DNA of 64,000 nucleotides, from assembly GCA_964057225.1 (NCBI GenBank), contig OZ059895.1, positions 9,238,001-9,302,000 of the forward strand, read 5' to 3'. Source of the DNA: Auanema rhodensis. Taxonomy: Eukaryota > Animalia > Nematoda. Below are positions 27,601 through 41,073 of the stretch, piece by piece. The stretch's first letter is position 1; each line of letters opens with the position of its first letter. The notes below the pieces were generated by a model that worked only from the letters and a program-made list of their open reading frames with translations, searched no databases and had not been told where the DNA came from. The translations under genes were made by a program, and so were the position numbers.

Positions 27601-30600
27601 ATTTTTAGAGAAAACAAGATTTGTTAGGAGAATCAGTTAACGATTATATACTCAAACACAAGAAAAAGAAGGTTAGAGAAGAATTCTTTTCTGTTTTATG
27701 AAACAATAAAAGTTTTCGTGTTATTGACATAGAGACTTGTTGAAATTTAAATTTTACCTGACACAGCCTCTCGGAGTAGCCGCTTCCCTCCGGAGACGGT
27801 CCGGCCATCCAACGGCGAGCTCTACTTTCTGAAATACAAAAAAACATAATAAACTATATTTGAAGTACTTTTAACAAGTATTATTCAGCATAATTCCAAA
27901 GACAAAAACTCATAAAAGATATAAGATTAATGCTAAATGTAACTATTATCCCAGATTAAACCTTTGATAGAGTTGATGATTATAGGTAATTATAACTATT
28001 TTTTTTGGAACTACATGAATAATATTCTATTTGATATTTTGAATTATAATTTTGTAAAAACGAGGAAAAGGTAGTTGTTCGGAAGATTAGACAGTTCGAA
28101 AATTGTAAAGAATGGAATCAAGAAAGATTTGTGTTCAAATATTGACAGTTGAACAAAGCACAGCAGCACCAGAAGAAGAACAGGAGCACAGCCAAAGCCA
28201 TAATATATGTATAACTACAAAAAATATGTTTTATAATATAAAGAAAAGAAGAAAGATGAATGAATATTGTATTTTTCAGATTTGTTATTATAATATATTT
28301 ATTGATTTATAAAAGAAAAACGTTATATTTAATTGTTTTTAGTGATGCTGCTCATCAGAGGTTGAGCAAATGGATCCGACGTACACTGATAACGAATAAC
28401 AGCAGCACTATCTTCCTCACATATTTTTCCAATGCTCTCTCTCTCTATCTATCTATTTCTCCTTTTTCATGACGTATCTTTCATTATATAGTTGTCTCTT
28501 TTTCTAAGGTTGACATACACATCACATCGGGAATAGATGCACTTTGACAACTTTCGGGAAAAAGCCTAAGTTTCAGCTTACACTAGCGTTCTGAAATCAA
28601 TAATATGCTTCTCAGAATACGACAAATCTTTCTTTTTTTTCATTTTCTTCTTTTGGAAATAAATAATTCATTCAGATAGCACACTCTTTTGTTTTTGAAT
28701 AGTTGTAACTGACTATACGACAAAAATTTGAATTTATTTCAGTTAGTTTTCGTCGTTTGAAGATAACGGTGAAGACAAATACGCCTGGGGCTTATAGCAT
28801 GCCTTCCGTTTACTGTATTAGTTGAACTAACAAGACTTTGTTGAACTAGTACATAGAAAACGTCAAATGAAGAAAACTTTAAAATAAACAATTTGTGAAA
28901 GAAATGAATAGTGGTCGAAGAGTATACGAAAATGAAGTGGAGAAAAAGAAACTCAGTGCCAATTGAAAAACTATCGTTTTTTGTTTTTTTAAACTTTTAA
29001 ATGATATTATGTTAAAAATTAGAAGAAACCGATAAATTGAACTGGCGGGAAAAGACTAATGATGAGAATAGGCCAAAAATGAAAAAAGAATTAGTTGAAG
29101 GCCATCTGTGAATTAGGAAAGCACAATGAGTGGCTGGCTAATAAATGACATAATGTCAGATCATTCTTCGTCTTGTTGACCGTAAGGAAATATTGGAATT
29201 GATTCGAGTATACATAGAGACATAAGACAATATCTATACGAAATAGTAAGCTGTAGTAGACTTCTATTAAGTTCATTCATAACATTCACTGTAGATATAT
29301 TTTCCGTTTCATTTTAACAAAAGGTATTGTTTTAGATGTTTGAATATCCGGTAGAATTATGATGTATTCATCAGAAAGATGGCTGAAAGAAGCTTTTTTT
29401 CGAGTTAAGCAATCGAGCTACGGAAATTAGAAGCTTTGGGCAATGATTAGATTGAAAAGAATTTTTGTGATAATGCAGTCATATAAATGTATTTGATTCT
29501 TTAAAAAGAAAGAAATCGAACCAAAGATCAAACAGCAAACGAAGAAAATGAAATAAGTTGTTGAAGGAAAAGAAACAGTTCAATATACTATATATATCCA
29601 TACAAATGCTAATAAATATATTTTCATTCAAATACATATCGAAAATTGAAAATACTACGATGTAACTAAACTTTCAAATATAAAATTAAAAGCTGCAGAA
29701 AATATGAATAGTAATATAGATTTTTTTAACTTAAAATATAGCGGAATAAGGTTTCGAGGGTGTCGGAATTTTAAAATCCAAATAGGCACTTTGATCGTTT
29801 AGTTTAGCCCTGTGTGTATGAGTATGGATGGTTGCGAAGAGGGGAACAGAAAGAGAAGCAGAGGCGAATGGAGAGTTAGAGGGTTGGTGGGAAGGCGAAG
29901 GGAGACGGCAGCACACACACACTATTGATTATGCTGCTGTGATGAAAACGAGAGAAGAGAAGAAAGAGAAAAGAGAGAAATAGCTTCAAAGGTCGAGAGA
30001 AGAGAAAAGTTTGATATTGTCAACAGGAATATTTTCTACCTCTCTGAGTTACTTTTATCATTTTAATATATTTATGAGTTTTTACAAATTTGTTTCATAT
30101 TCTATTCATATTCATATAGTTATATGAATGAACAAAAGTTTTTCTTGTGAAAAACTAACAATTGTTTCTGCAAATAACACAATTGAAAAAGTTTTGGTAT
30201 AACGATAGTTCCGGTAAATATGCCTCAGGACATTTAATATTAGAAAACGATGTGAAAACAACAAGCAATGCTGTCGATTGGATACGATTTTTAAAGGAAA
30301 ACCTTGAAGGGAAATTAGATAACAAAGGGTATCTCGATGTAATTCGGAAAAAGCTAATATAAAAAAATTGTTTGTTAAATATTCTGCTGAAAACTTAAAT
30401 TACTCACGATAGATGTAAAAGCGATCAATAAGATCATTATCACCATCTTTCCAACGGCTTTGTTGATTATTGATCTTTACATAATTTGGCTGAGAGGGAT
30501 CGGAACTAATTTCTAAATTGGATTCTGTATCCACTTTGCTCTGATTTTCTAAAATTTGGATAGACAGTCGAATAATGTAGGAAGCGTATTGGATGCAATC

Positions 30601-30771
30601 TGAAAAATATCTTGAAGTTAAATAGATCATAGGAAGAATTGAAGCATCATAATTTTCAAGGAGAAAGTATACGAGAACGAAGTTTTTTTTTTTCGGGGAA
30701 AGAGGAACAGTTGTTCTTAAAAATTTTGAAGTATCAATATGTGAATTATTCATTGTAAACATGGATATCAT
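24651..30771 (-). CDS. trak-1: TRAK/Milton mitochondrial trafficking adaptor (HAP1_N coiled coil plus Milton motif)
   Basis: AERDLELAAQIGQSLLEQNRELQTRNEFLEE (HAP1_N) and GEPGVPGTRDLDFSLK (Milton-like). The exon ending at 30408 joins the exon starting near 27828 in frame; a shorter start MAGPSP is possible at 27808. Termini tentative. Confidence 0.82.
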
Positions 30772-32478
30772 TTAATATTTTATTTTGTCGAAGACAGTTA
30801 AATATTAGTTATCAAAACTAAAGAATACAAACAGTAGGATGCTAATTTTCCTGAAACAAGAGAGCAAACTTCACAATATAAGCTGAGGGTAAACTAATAC
30901 TAGCTGAAGATTTTACAAACTGTAACATTATATTCTCTAGGAAACATTTTGAAAGAGAATTTTTGTTAACTTTCTCTTTTTTCAAGTCAATAATCAACAT
31001 AAGGACGACTTAGATATGTTTCAACAAGAAAAAAGAAAAAAATACTCGAGAACGTGTAATTCCCAACGAAATTCTTCTATTTGACATATTAATTTTGATA
31101 AAACGTTCAGTTGTTTTTGCTCTCATTATTACGTGATATTCTCTCACTTATATTTGATATAACATAGATCCTCTTAAATTAATCTTCTGTACAGACAAAA
31201 AAAAACAAAAACATGTCATTGCAAAATGTATTTTAAATAGAATTAAATAAAAAAAACATGAGATAAAGAAGATTTTATTCCATATTTTCTTTCTTTTTCT
31301 TCATATTGGCAGAAAAAACGTAAGTAAGAAGAAAAGAGGCCATGGATGCAGAAATTATGAAAATTCTCATAAGGTATGCACATGAGAAGTAAAATCTCTC
31401 TGAGATCAGGTTATGCATGCACGCATGAGTGTGGAAATCTTCGATATAGAGCTTGAGCGCAGATCAAATTTATTTTAAACACTTTAGGATGCAAAGAGTT
31501 TTAAAGAAATATAATTCTACAAACTACTATGAATTTCAATCAAATAATATATAATTAATAAGATGATATAAAGCAGACAGACAGCTGAGAAAAAGAAATA
31601 ACTGATAAAATAAATAAAAGGTCTACCTAAATGATATAGAATTACAAACAGTTGTCTTGTTGTTGTATTCATAACTATGATTCATATAATTGAAGAATAA
31701 AAGATATAATTCAGGGCGATTCGAAAAAAATATAAAACAGCATAGTATGACACTTTGACAAGATTAAACTATTTTAATATTCATCAGTTACACGGATTTC
31801 AAAAATTCCGGAATACTGTAAACTTATAACTTCAAACGCGATGTAGACGAATCAAAGTGAAAAAACTGAAATTTAAGTTGAAAAGGATGATATCTATTTC
31901 CAAATTTCAGAAACGCCCTCTTGCACTTGGAATAGCTCCTAGATTTTATTTGTTAAAGCAATACGAGCGCATCATTGTTTGACAAGTTTACAAAATTAAA
32001 AGCAAATGTAAATACATACTTATGTACTTTTTTTCCAGAAGATTAGTGATAGAGTTTTTCTTTTTTATTGAAGGAAAGATTAAATATATTCACAAAAATT
32101 TTGAAAGAGTCATCAGAAGTTGCTTAGTAACCTGAAGTATATTTCATAAAAAAATTATATTTGCATATTTCATCTACACACACTATAATTTGATCTTTAA
32201 TTCACGAAAATAATGTTTCCTGTTCAATTTGTCTTTCCAAATCTACAAACCGTGAATTTTTTGAAAACCTAAAAAAAATTGGATAACCGTGCTCTAATGC
32301 GAAGAACGCAGGACATTTAGTTTACTGTAACTAAGAACTGCCAACGTTCCGTCCTATTTATGTTGCACTTTTCGTTTTCTGAATTATTTCGAACTTATTG
32401 TGATGTTTTTTGTATTTCTGCTTTGAAAGTTAAATAATAATGTCACCCTTTAAGGTTGTTCCCCGTTAAATACATGAG

Positions 32479-35400
32479 ATGTCACTACTTGTAAAGTTTG
32501 AATCTAAATCTGCTAGAGTTAAAGGTGTGTAGATTAGGGTATAGTGGTGTTTGGAAATTTGACTCTTTGAGGTATATCGTTTCATCCAACAAGACCATGG
32601 GTTCTTGCTTCACTTCACAGTGGTGTGATACAGTTATGGGATTACCGTATGTGTGTGTTACTTGATAAGTACGATGAGCATGATGGCCCTGTGAGAGGCA
32701 TCTGCTTTCATCAAGAACAGCCTATATTTGTATCTGGTGGCGATGACTATAAAATCAAGGTATAATTAGATATTTTTTCATTTGTTTATGATATTAACTA
32801 GGTGTGGAACTACAAACAAAGAAGATGTATCTTTACTCTATTGGGACATTTGGATTACATCAGATCCACATTTTTCCACCATAAGTATCCTTGGATCATA
32901 TCTGCTTCAGATGATCAAACTGTACGTATTTGGAACTGGCAAAGCAGGAATTCTATTGCCATTTTAACTGGTAATTTGTTTCTGTGAATTTTCAATATTT
33001 AAAGTGTTTTTATAGGTCATAATCATTATGTAATGTGTGCACAATTTCACCCAACAGAGGATCTTGTTGCATCTGCTTCTCTCGATCAAACTGTTAGAAT
33101 CTGGGATATCTCCGGGCTTCGTATGTTTCAAAAAAGTTTAATAGAATTACAAAGTCTGCTTCTAGGCAAAAAACAAATGCCTGGCGGAGGTGCCGCTGTA
33201 GCACGTCCTGGTGCTCCAGCTTCACAAGCTGATCTATTTGGACAGCCAGATGTAGTTGTTAAGCACGTACTAGAAGGCCATGATCGAGGTATATTGAAAT
33301 TACGAATTACTTTGCACACCGTTTTTTGTATTCAGGTGTTAACTGGGTTGGATTCCATCACAATATGCCAATTTTGGTATCTGGTTCTGATGATCGCCAA
33401 GTTAAGATGTGGCGTTATAATGAAACCAAAGCCTGGGAAGTAGATAGTTGTAGAGGTCATTACAACAATGTATCCTCAGTTCTTTTCCATCCTAATGCTG
33501 AACTTATTTTGTCCAACTCTGAAGATAAGACTATCAGAGTTTGGGATATGCATAAAAGAAATGTCTTGCATGTCTTCAGGTACATCTATTGGCTTAAATT
33601 TCTTAATGAGGATCTATATTTAGACACGAAAACGAGCGCTTCTGGGTTCTCTCAGCTCATCCATCATTGAATATGTTCGCTGCTGGTCATGATAATGGAA
33701 TGATTGTATTCAAGGTTCAAAGAGAAAGACCCGCCTATGTTGTAGTTGACAATTTCGCTTTTTACGTTAAGGAAAAGCAATTACGTAGACTTGATTTATC
33801 CACCAGGTACTAATTTCTGGTTTTAAACTTATATTCAACCATATTATAGCAAGGATATTGCTGTCTGCAAGCTTAGATCTGGTCCAACCTTTATGGTACC
33901 ATTTTACTCACTTGCTTTCAATCCTGCTGAAAACTGTTTCCTTCTCGTCAGCCGTTCTGAACGCAGGGATTCCTGTCTCTATGATTTGTACAAAGTATGA
34001 ATCATATGCATAGGCCATGTTATGAAATATGTTTAGATAAATAAAGATTCCGATGGAAATAGCGAAGTTCCCGGCCAGAGAGCTCAAGGTGTTGCAGCTG
34101 TATGGGTAGCTAGAAACAGATTTGCCATCCTAGACAGAAATCTAGAGGTAAGTATTACAATTACTATAACTTCATAAAATTATGGGTTTAGATTTCATTG
34201 AGAGATCTTTCTAACAAGGAAGTCAGAAAGATAGAGTTAACTACTCCAGTTGATGACATCTTCTATGCCGGTACCGGATTGTTGTTATTGAAAAATGACG
34301 AAGGACTACAGCTATTTGATGTCCAACAAAAGCGTGTTATGGCTCATGTTAAAGCGAATAAGGTGGGACACTGTAGCATTTCTAAAATATCCAGCCAATG
34401 ATGTTTAAAACAAAAAATCTACACATCGATCTTATTCGAGTACTTAATAAAAGCTATGTGATAACCGAGAACCTGAGGCTGCAAAACTAAAACCATTCAT
34501 TTTTGTGGTTTTAATTCAATTTCTTTATATTTTATTTTTCATATCAAAACGTTTAAGGTCAAATATGTGATTTGGTCTCGTAACATGGAATACGCTGCTC
34601 TTCTTTCCAAGCATAATTTAACATTGGTGGATCGCAAACTCGAAGTTCTATGTACCCAGCAGGAGTCGACAAGAATTAAGAGTGGATCTTGGGATGAAGA
34701 TGGCGTTTTCTTATACACTACCAGCAATCATATTAAGTTTGTTTTGAAATAATTATTTTTCTTAATAGTAATTTTTAGATACGCTCTTTCTGCCGGTGAT
34801 ACCGGAATCATTCGAACTCTCGATGTTCCTCTATACATTCTCGCTGTTATGCCTGGAGTACTTTATTGCTTGAACAGAGAAGCTACTCCTGTAGAGGTTC
34901 CAATAGATCCAACTGAATATAAATTCAAACTAGCCCTCATTAACAGAAGAATCGATGAAGTAACATAGCTTTGCTTAATTTTTTAAAAAGTATAATACTT
35001 TAGGTTCTTAACATGGTAAAAAGCGCTAACCTAGTCGGACAATCTATCATTAGTTACTTGGAGAAGAAGGGATACCCAGAAATTGCTCTTCATTTTGTAA
35101 AAGATGAAAAAACAAGATTTGGATTAGCTCTTGAATGCGGGAATTTGGAAGTTGCCTTAGAGGCAGCTAAGGCAAGATTAACTCTATTGCCTTAACTAAT
35201 ATGATTCTAATTGTTTAGATTGTTGATGAGAAGATGGTTTGGGAAGCATTAGGTGAAGCTGCTCTAATCCAAGGAAATCATCAAATTGTCGAAATGGCAT
35301 ATCAACGTACTAAAGACTTTGAGAAGTAAGAATTGATATATGCATCGAAGTTCTTACGTGAGATTTCAGGCTATCGTTCCTTTATCTTGTTACGGGTAAT

Positions 35401-37367
35401 ACTGAAAAGTTATCAAAAATGATGAAAATTGCTCAAATGAGAAATGATGCTCACGGTCATTATCAAACTGCTTTAATGTTGGGAGATATAGAGGAAAGAA
35501 TCAAAGGTATAGTTTAAGTTTAGAAAACTTTTATCGTTATTTAGGAACAGATGTTTCATTGGTTTTTTTTTCAGTTCTCAAAGGTGTTGGGCAAAACTCT
35601 TTGGCATATCTAACAGCTGCAACTCATGGTCTGACTAACGAAGCTGAAGACCTTAAAAACGATTTACAATCCAAGGGACAGCCCCTTCCACCTGTAGATC
35701 CATCTGCACGTTTCCTTGCTCCTCCTCCTCCAATTTGTCAAGTAATTGATTATATTATGTAGTCATCTAAAAATGAATTTAAGCTCGAAGATAATTGGCC
35801 ACAGTTGTCTGTTTCTCGTGGGCCATTTGATCTTCATCTTCTCGGAATTGGTAATAACACTAAGGGTAGCGGATCTACTGCCACAAAGAATGCAGCTTCT
35901 GCTGCCTTTACATTAACAGAAGACGTCGATGTAAGAAAAAGATTGTTTTCCCTTTTACAAAAAGCAATCCTTCCAGATCGATGCCGGTGATGCTTGGGGA
36001 GATGGTGGTGATTACCTTATTGACGAGAACGGAGAAATCGAAGTTGACGAAACTGATTTGGCTGGTTCTGCTGATGACGGTGGCTGGGATGTTGACGAGG
36101 ATCTTGCCATTCCCGACATTCCTGATGAAAATAAATCTGGTATAAATTCATTATTGATTATAACTGTTTCATCCAATTTATTCAGAATCTATTGTACCAA
36201 ATCGTGGTGTTACTCCATTTACTCACTGGGGGAACAATAGTCGTCTTGTAGCCGACCATATTGCTGCAGGATCTTTCGACACAGCTGCCAGATTGTTGAA
36301 AGATCAGCTAGGTGTTATTAACTTTGAACCATTCCGTTCTATATTTATGACCCGTTATGCATTGTAAGTTTGTGGCTGAATATTTGAATGCTATTCATTT
36401 TTTATAGATCTCGAGCTTCTCTCGAAGCATTACCCGGAAGTGGCCCTTCATTCACATATCCTCTTCGTAACTGGCAAGATGCTACTGGAAAGTATGCGAT
36501 TTCGGTTTTATTCTCATGTATTAACGATTTTCTTAAAGGACTGGACTTCCTGCTGTTAGCGTCAGACTGTCAGATTTGGCAACCAGACTTCAGCAATGTT
36601 ATCACCTAACAACAGCTGGAAAGTTTGCGGAAGTAATCGTTAGGTTTAGAAAAATTCTTCTCCTTGCTCCTCTCCTCATTGTTAATTCTAAACAAGAGGT
36701 ATGATTATACTCGAATATTTCTTTAAATTACCAGAGTATAGGTTTCTGAAGCCGAACAGTTAATTGAAATTTGTCGCGAATATCTTGTTGGATTGTTATT
36801 GGAGAGCGCAAGAAAGGTTCTATACTTAAGAATTTGGTTTATTATTTTCATTTGGTTCAGGAAATTCCAAAGAATGATCCCAAGAGTCCACTTCGAAATG
36901 CGGAAATGACAGCTTATTTCACACATTGCAACCTTCAGCCAGTTCATCGTATTCTTACTTTGAGATCTGCTGCCAATGCTTTCTTCAAGTTAAAGCAAAT
37001 GAAAACTTGTGCATCTCTCTGTCGCCGTCTTTTGGAACTTGGACCAAAGGCTGATTTAGCAGAGACTGTAAGGAAAATGTTAGCTGTAGCCGAAAGAGAC
37101 AACAATGACGCTAATCAGGTATAAAATGAATTTAAATGAAGTGGCTGAATCGGTGTTTTTCTTTAGTTACAATATGATGAGCATAATCCATTCGTACTGT
37201 GTTCCCGAACATTTGTACCAATTTACCGTGGAAAGCCAAGTTGTAAGTGTCCGTTCTGCGGTTCTTCCTACACCCCAGGCTGTGAAGGATCTCTGTGTGA
37301 TGTATGTGAAGTTAGCGAAATTGGTAAAGACGTTATTGGTCTAAGGATATCCACTTTACAAAAGTAA
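32479..37367 (+). CDS. copa-1: Coatomer alpha subunit (COPA)
   Basis: [39 protein letters not shown]40 repeats, [34 protein letters not shown]-terminal CPFCG...[19 protein letters not shown]. Confidence 0.97.
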
Positions 37368-37684
37368 GACTAAGTATTTTTTCTGTGATATAGATAACAA
37401 GCAAAGGAATTTTCTGGTGTGTTCTTTCGTACGATAATTTTTTGTATTTCATTGTAATAAGTTATTCATATAAGAATGTGATCTAACACTTTAGTTTTTA
37501 ATTTATGCGGTTGTTTTATGGTTAAGGGTCTAATTTTTATTAGAGCTACTGACTTGTAATTTATTCGAATTGTGATAATAAATTATTGTTTTATCTATTT
37601 TTAATGGATGTATGTTAATATCATATCCAATATTTCAATTGTTCTCAAAAAGGGTTGCGGAAAAATCGATTTATAGGGCTAATA

Positions 37685-39480
37685 ATGGTGCCTTTCAACT
37701 CTGATTTAGCTGACGGAAGTGTTGATGTTGAAGATGGACATAGTAAGCATGTGCAAGTCTCGTTTTTTTCTAAAGATGAGATGTAAGTATTACCTCTTCC
37801 ATGGGAAAAGCATAGGTGTTTTTCTTTTAGATTTGATGATCTCCCCGAAGCAGTATACGATGTTCCTACATCTGCCGATGCTGAAAATTTGAATGCCCTT
37901 CTCAATAAAACTATGCAAACAGTAAATGGCATGACTATTCTTTATTTTTTGGATTTTTCTATTTTTTATTTTAGAAGATTGGGTTGAACGCAATGTAGAA
38001 CTATTAATCGGTGATACGTTTATTCGAACTTCCTTAGAAGAATTTATTGAAGAGTTTCATATCCAAACTGTAGGAATATACTTTAATTTGGATGTTTTTC
38101 TATCAATTTCTAGGAAACTGTTATAAAAGTTGAATGCATTTTACGCCTTGAAGCCCCTTCTCCTAAGCATGATCTCCCTGCACCTGATTGGGTCTCCTCT
38201 GTTCACATTTTAAAAGAAAGGTAATGTTATCATTTACTTATACCTTATCATGCTTATGGTTTCAGTATTCTATCAACAACATACAATGGCGAAGTTATTT
38301 GTTGGGGATCCAATGGAAAACCTATCTTTCAGGTTCTACGGGATAAGGGAACTGCGTATAAATGTAGTGCTGTGATAGGAGGTAAAAAATAACATAAGGA
38401 AATATAAAGAAATCTTGGTATTTTGTAGATAGATCAGCAAAAAAATATTCATTTGTTGTTGGTGGAGATGCTTTAACCTTGTTTGATATTGATGGAAATC
38501 AAGTTTCTACCAAGGTTCGCGAATGCTTTCTAATCGTTTATAATTATATATTTTAGGCCATATTCCGAGGTCATGAGAGAAGTGTTGAGAGTGTATGTTG
38601 TAATGCTCAAGGTACTAGACTATTATCAGGAAGCTTTGACTCATATGTCAAATTATGGAATTTAGAAGGTAGATATATATACTATGATATAATCTTATTA
38701 TTTGTTTTATTTGAGACAATGATTCTACGACTGTTTATGAAAAGATAGATGCAGAAAAATCCAAAAAAAGAAAAGAAACTCATGTTACTAAGGTTTAATC
38801 TTAAGCTTTAAATATAATTTCTTACTATAATTTTAGACTCCAATTATCACTCTTGGAGGTCATAAAGATGCTGTTGTAGCACTGGCTTGGTCTATTAAAA
38901 ACGAAAATAATGCCATATCCGCTTCTTGGGATCAAAGTATGATCGTCTGGGATCTTGAATTAGGTATAGATTTCATAATAAATAAAATAATACTAATATT
39001 GGTTTGTAGGAGGAGAAATATCGAAGATAAGAGGACAAAAAGCATTCACTTCTATTGATATTAACATAAATACTGGAATAGTTATCGCTGCTAATACAGA
39101 TGCGACTCCAAGACTTTATGATTTGAGAAGTCAAGGTATTTGAATTCTTTTTCTTCGTTTTTTATCAGAGAATTTCAGAAGGGTCATTGGTCAAGCAGTC
39201 ATTCACTGGTCACAAAGGGTGGATTTCACAAGTTGTTTGGAGCCCAGATAATGCTAATACATTTGTTTCTTCTTCTTTTGATAAAACTGTAAAAATGTGG
39301 GATATCAGGTAAGATATATGCTTATATACAAACAATGTATTTCAAATATTATTAAGATCCTCTAAAACTTCTTTGTTTGACTTACATGGACATGAAGACA
39401 GAGTATTATGCGTTGATTGGAAAGACCATAGCATTGCTTCCGGATCTGTTGATACTACTGTTAAAGTGTTTTCAGTATAA
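37685..39480 (+). CDS. wdr-12: Ribosome biogenesis protein WDR12/Ytm1 (NLE/UBL domain plus WD40)
   Basis: HVQVSFFS...VYDVPTS...[67 protein letters not shown]. Confidence 0.9.
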
Positions 39481-41073
39481 ACTGATTTTTGTTGTTTTTG
39501 TTATAATATTGATCAAAAATTGTTTTGTTACTTGTTATGCCCCGTACTTGTTGAAACTAGAGTTGCATAAACTTTAAAAACTTTTAAATTTTATTATTTT
39601 TTAAAAGAAAAATTTACTGAGGAATTACTCAAATCCAGATTTGCCCATGTGTTCGAACTCTTATTCTTAAAATAGCATAATGGGGCTTATTTGAACTGTC
39701 ATAATACTTATTTTATCTTAATGTTTTGAATTGTTATTGTGAAATAGGCTAGGAGCCGAAAAGTGCAGTCACTCATTGGGTTATCAGAGTCCATTCTTGA
39801 GAGATAGGATATCTATTCACGTTTTAAAACAAAATTTATCGTTGAACTATTTTCCAGTGACAATGCTATTTAATCGTTTTACGGCTATTGTATTCACTTT
39901 ATGAGCAAGATGCCAACTTGCAGATTTTATTTTGATAATCTATGTTTGTATGATAGTCAAATAATATTGTGTTTCCAATTAGATCTAACCGCATTTCATT
40001 GGGAAATGTTTAAAAATGGAAAGTTTCATAAAATATAGAAATGTTGTCAGTTATTTGTCATGTTGTTGGTAATTATAGTGTGTCAAGAACGCTATTATAG
40101 GAAATTCATTTTATTTTTAATAATATTTTGAGCAAAATAGGAGGATGACGAGCAATCCAATGCGAATGAAATATTATTATTATAGACATAAAGAAAACAT
40201 AGATAAGATATTTTCAGTTATGTCAATTGAACAATTGAACAATTATTCAAGTTGTTGTTCTGAAATTAATAATTATAATTAGTTGTAAATGGATGATTTG
40301 AAAAAAACAAAACTTGTAGCAAGCTTTGCAAGCTATCAAAAAAAACATAAACTAAATATTAAACTCATTAATGATAAAACCTCACTGCATAACAATTATT
40401 ATTTTCATGCAGATGGTATATGTATTTCTGAAATAGTTAGAATATGGTATAATGATTTCTATTATGAATTTGTTGAAATGTAAGTCAATTAGAATTAAAA
40501 ATAAATAATAATAATAATAATACATTGAAGTGGTAATATATTATTATTTCAATTATAAATTAAAAAAAAAAGAAACAATGATAAAATAAAAAAGCGAAAT
40601 TTGAGGAAAGCAACGAAATGATTATGAGAATAACATAACCGTATAATGTACGTATTAATAAATAAAACCACATAATTTAAGAAAAAAACATATCTGAGCA
40701 GTAAGAACGAATTAGAATTAGCTGTAATTGAAACATCATCATAATAGAAATAAAATAAAAAATGATATGATTAGCCAAATTTACCAAATCGTAAATCATG
40801 TTGTTGTTGGTCAGCTATTTGTATTCTAAAGCAAAATCAACAGGCAGAAGCAGAAACAAAAGAAATTGGATAGAATTTAGTTTTTTTATAAAAGTAAAGA
40901 CCGTGTGAGATGACGATTGATAACTTTGTATAATTATGAAAGAATAAGTAAATCTAAGAGCACGTCAGGCATAACTAATCAAATGAATATATCCGCTAAG
41001 ACTCAATTAAACAATTTCAACACAACCAGAATTATAGCAAACACGTGAGCATGTGCGAACACATTCACAGAAC

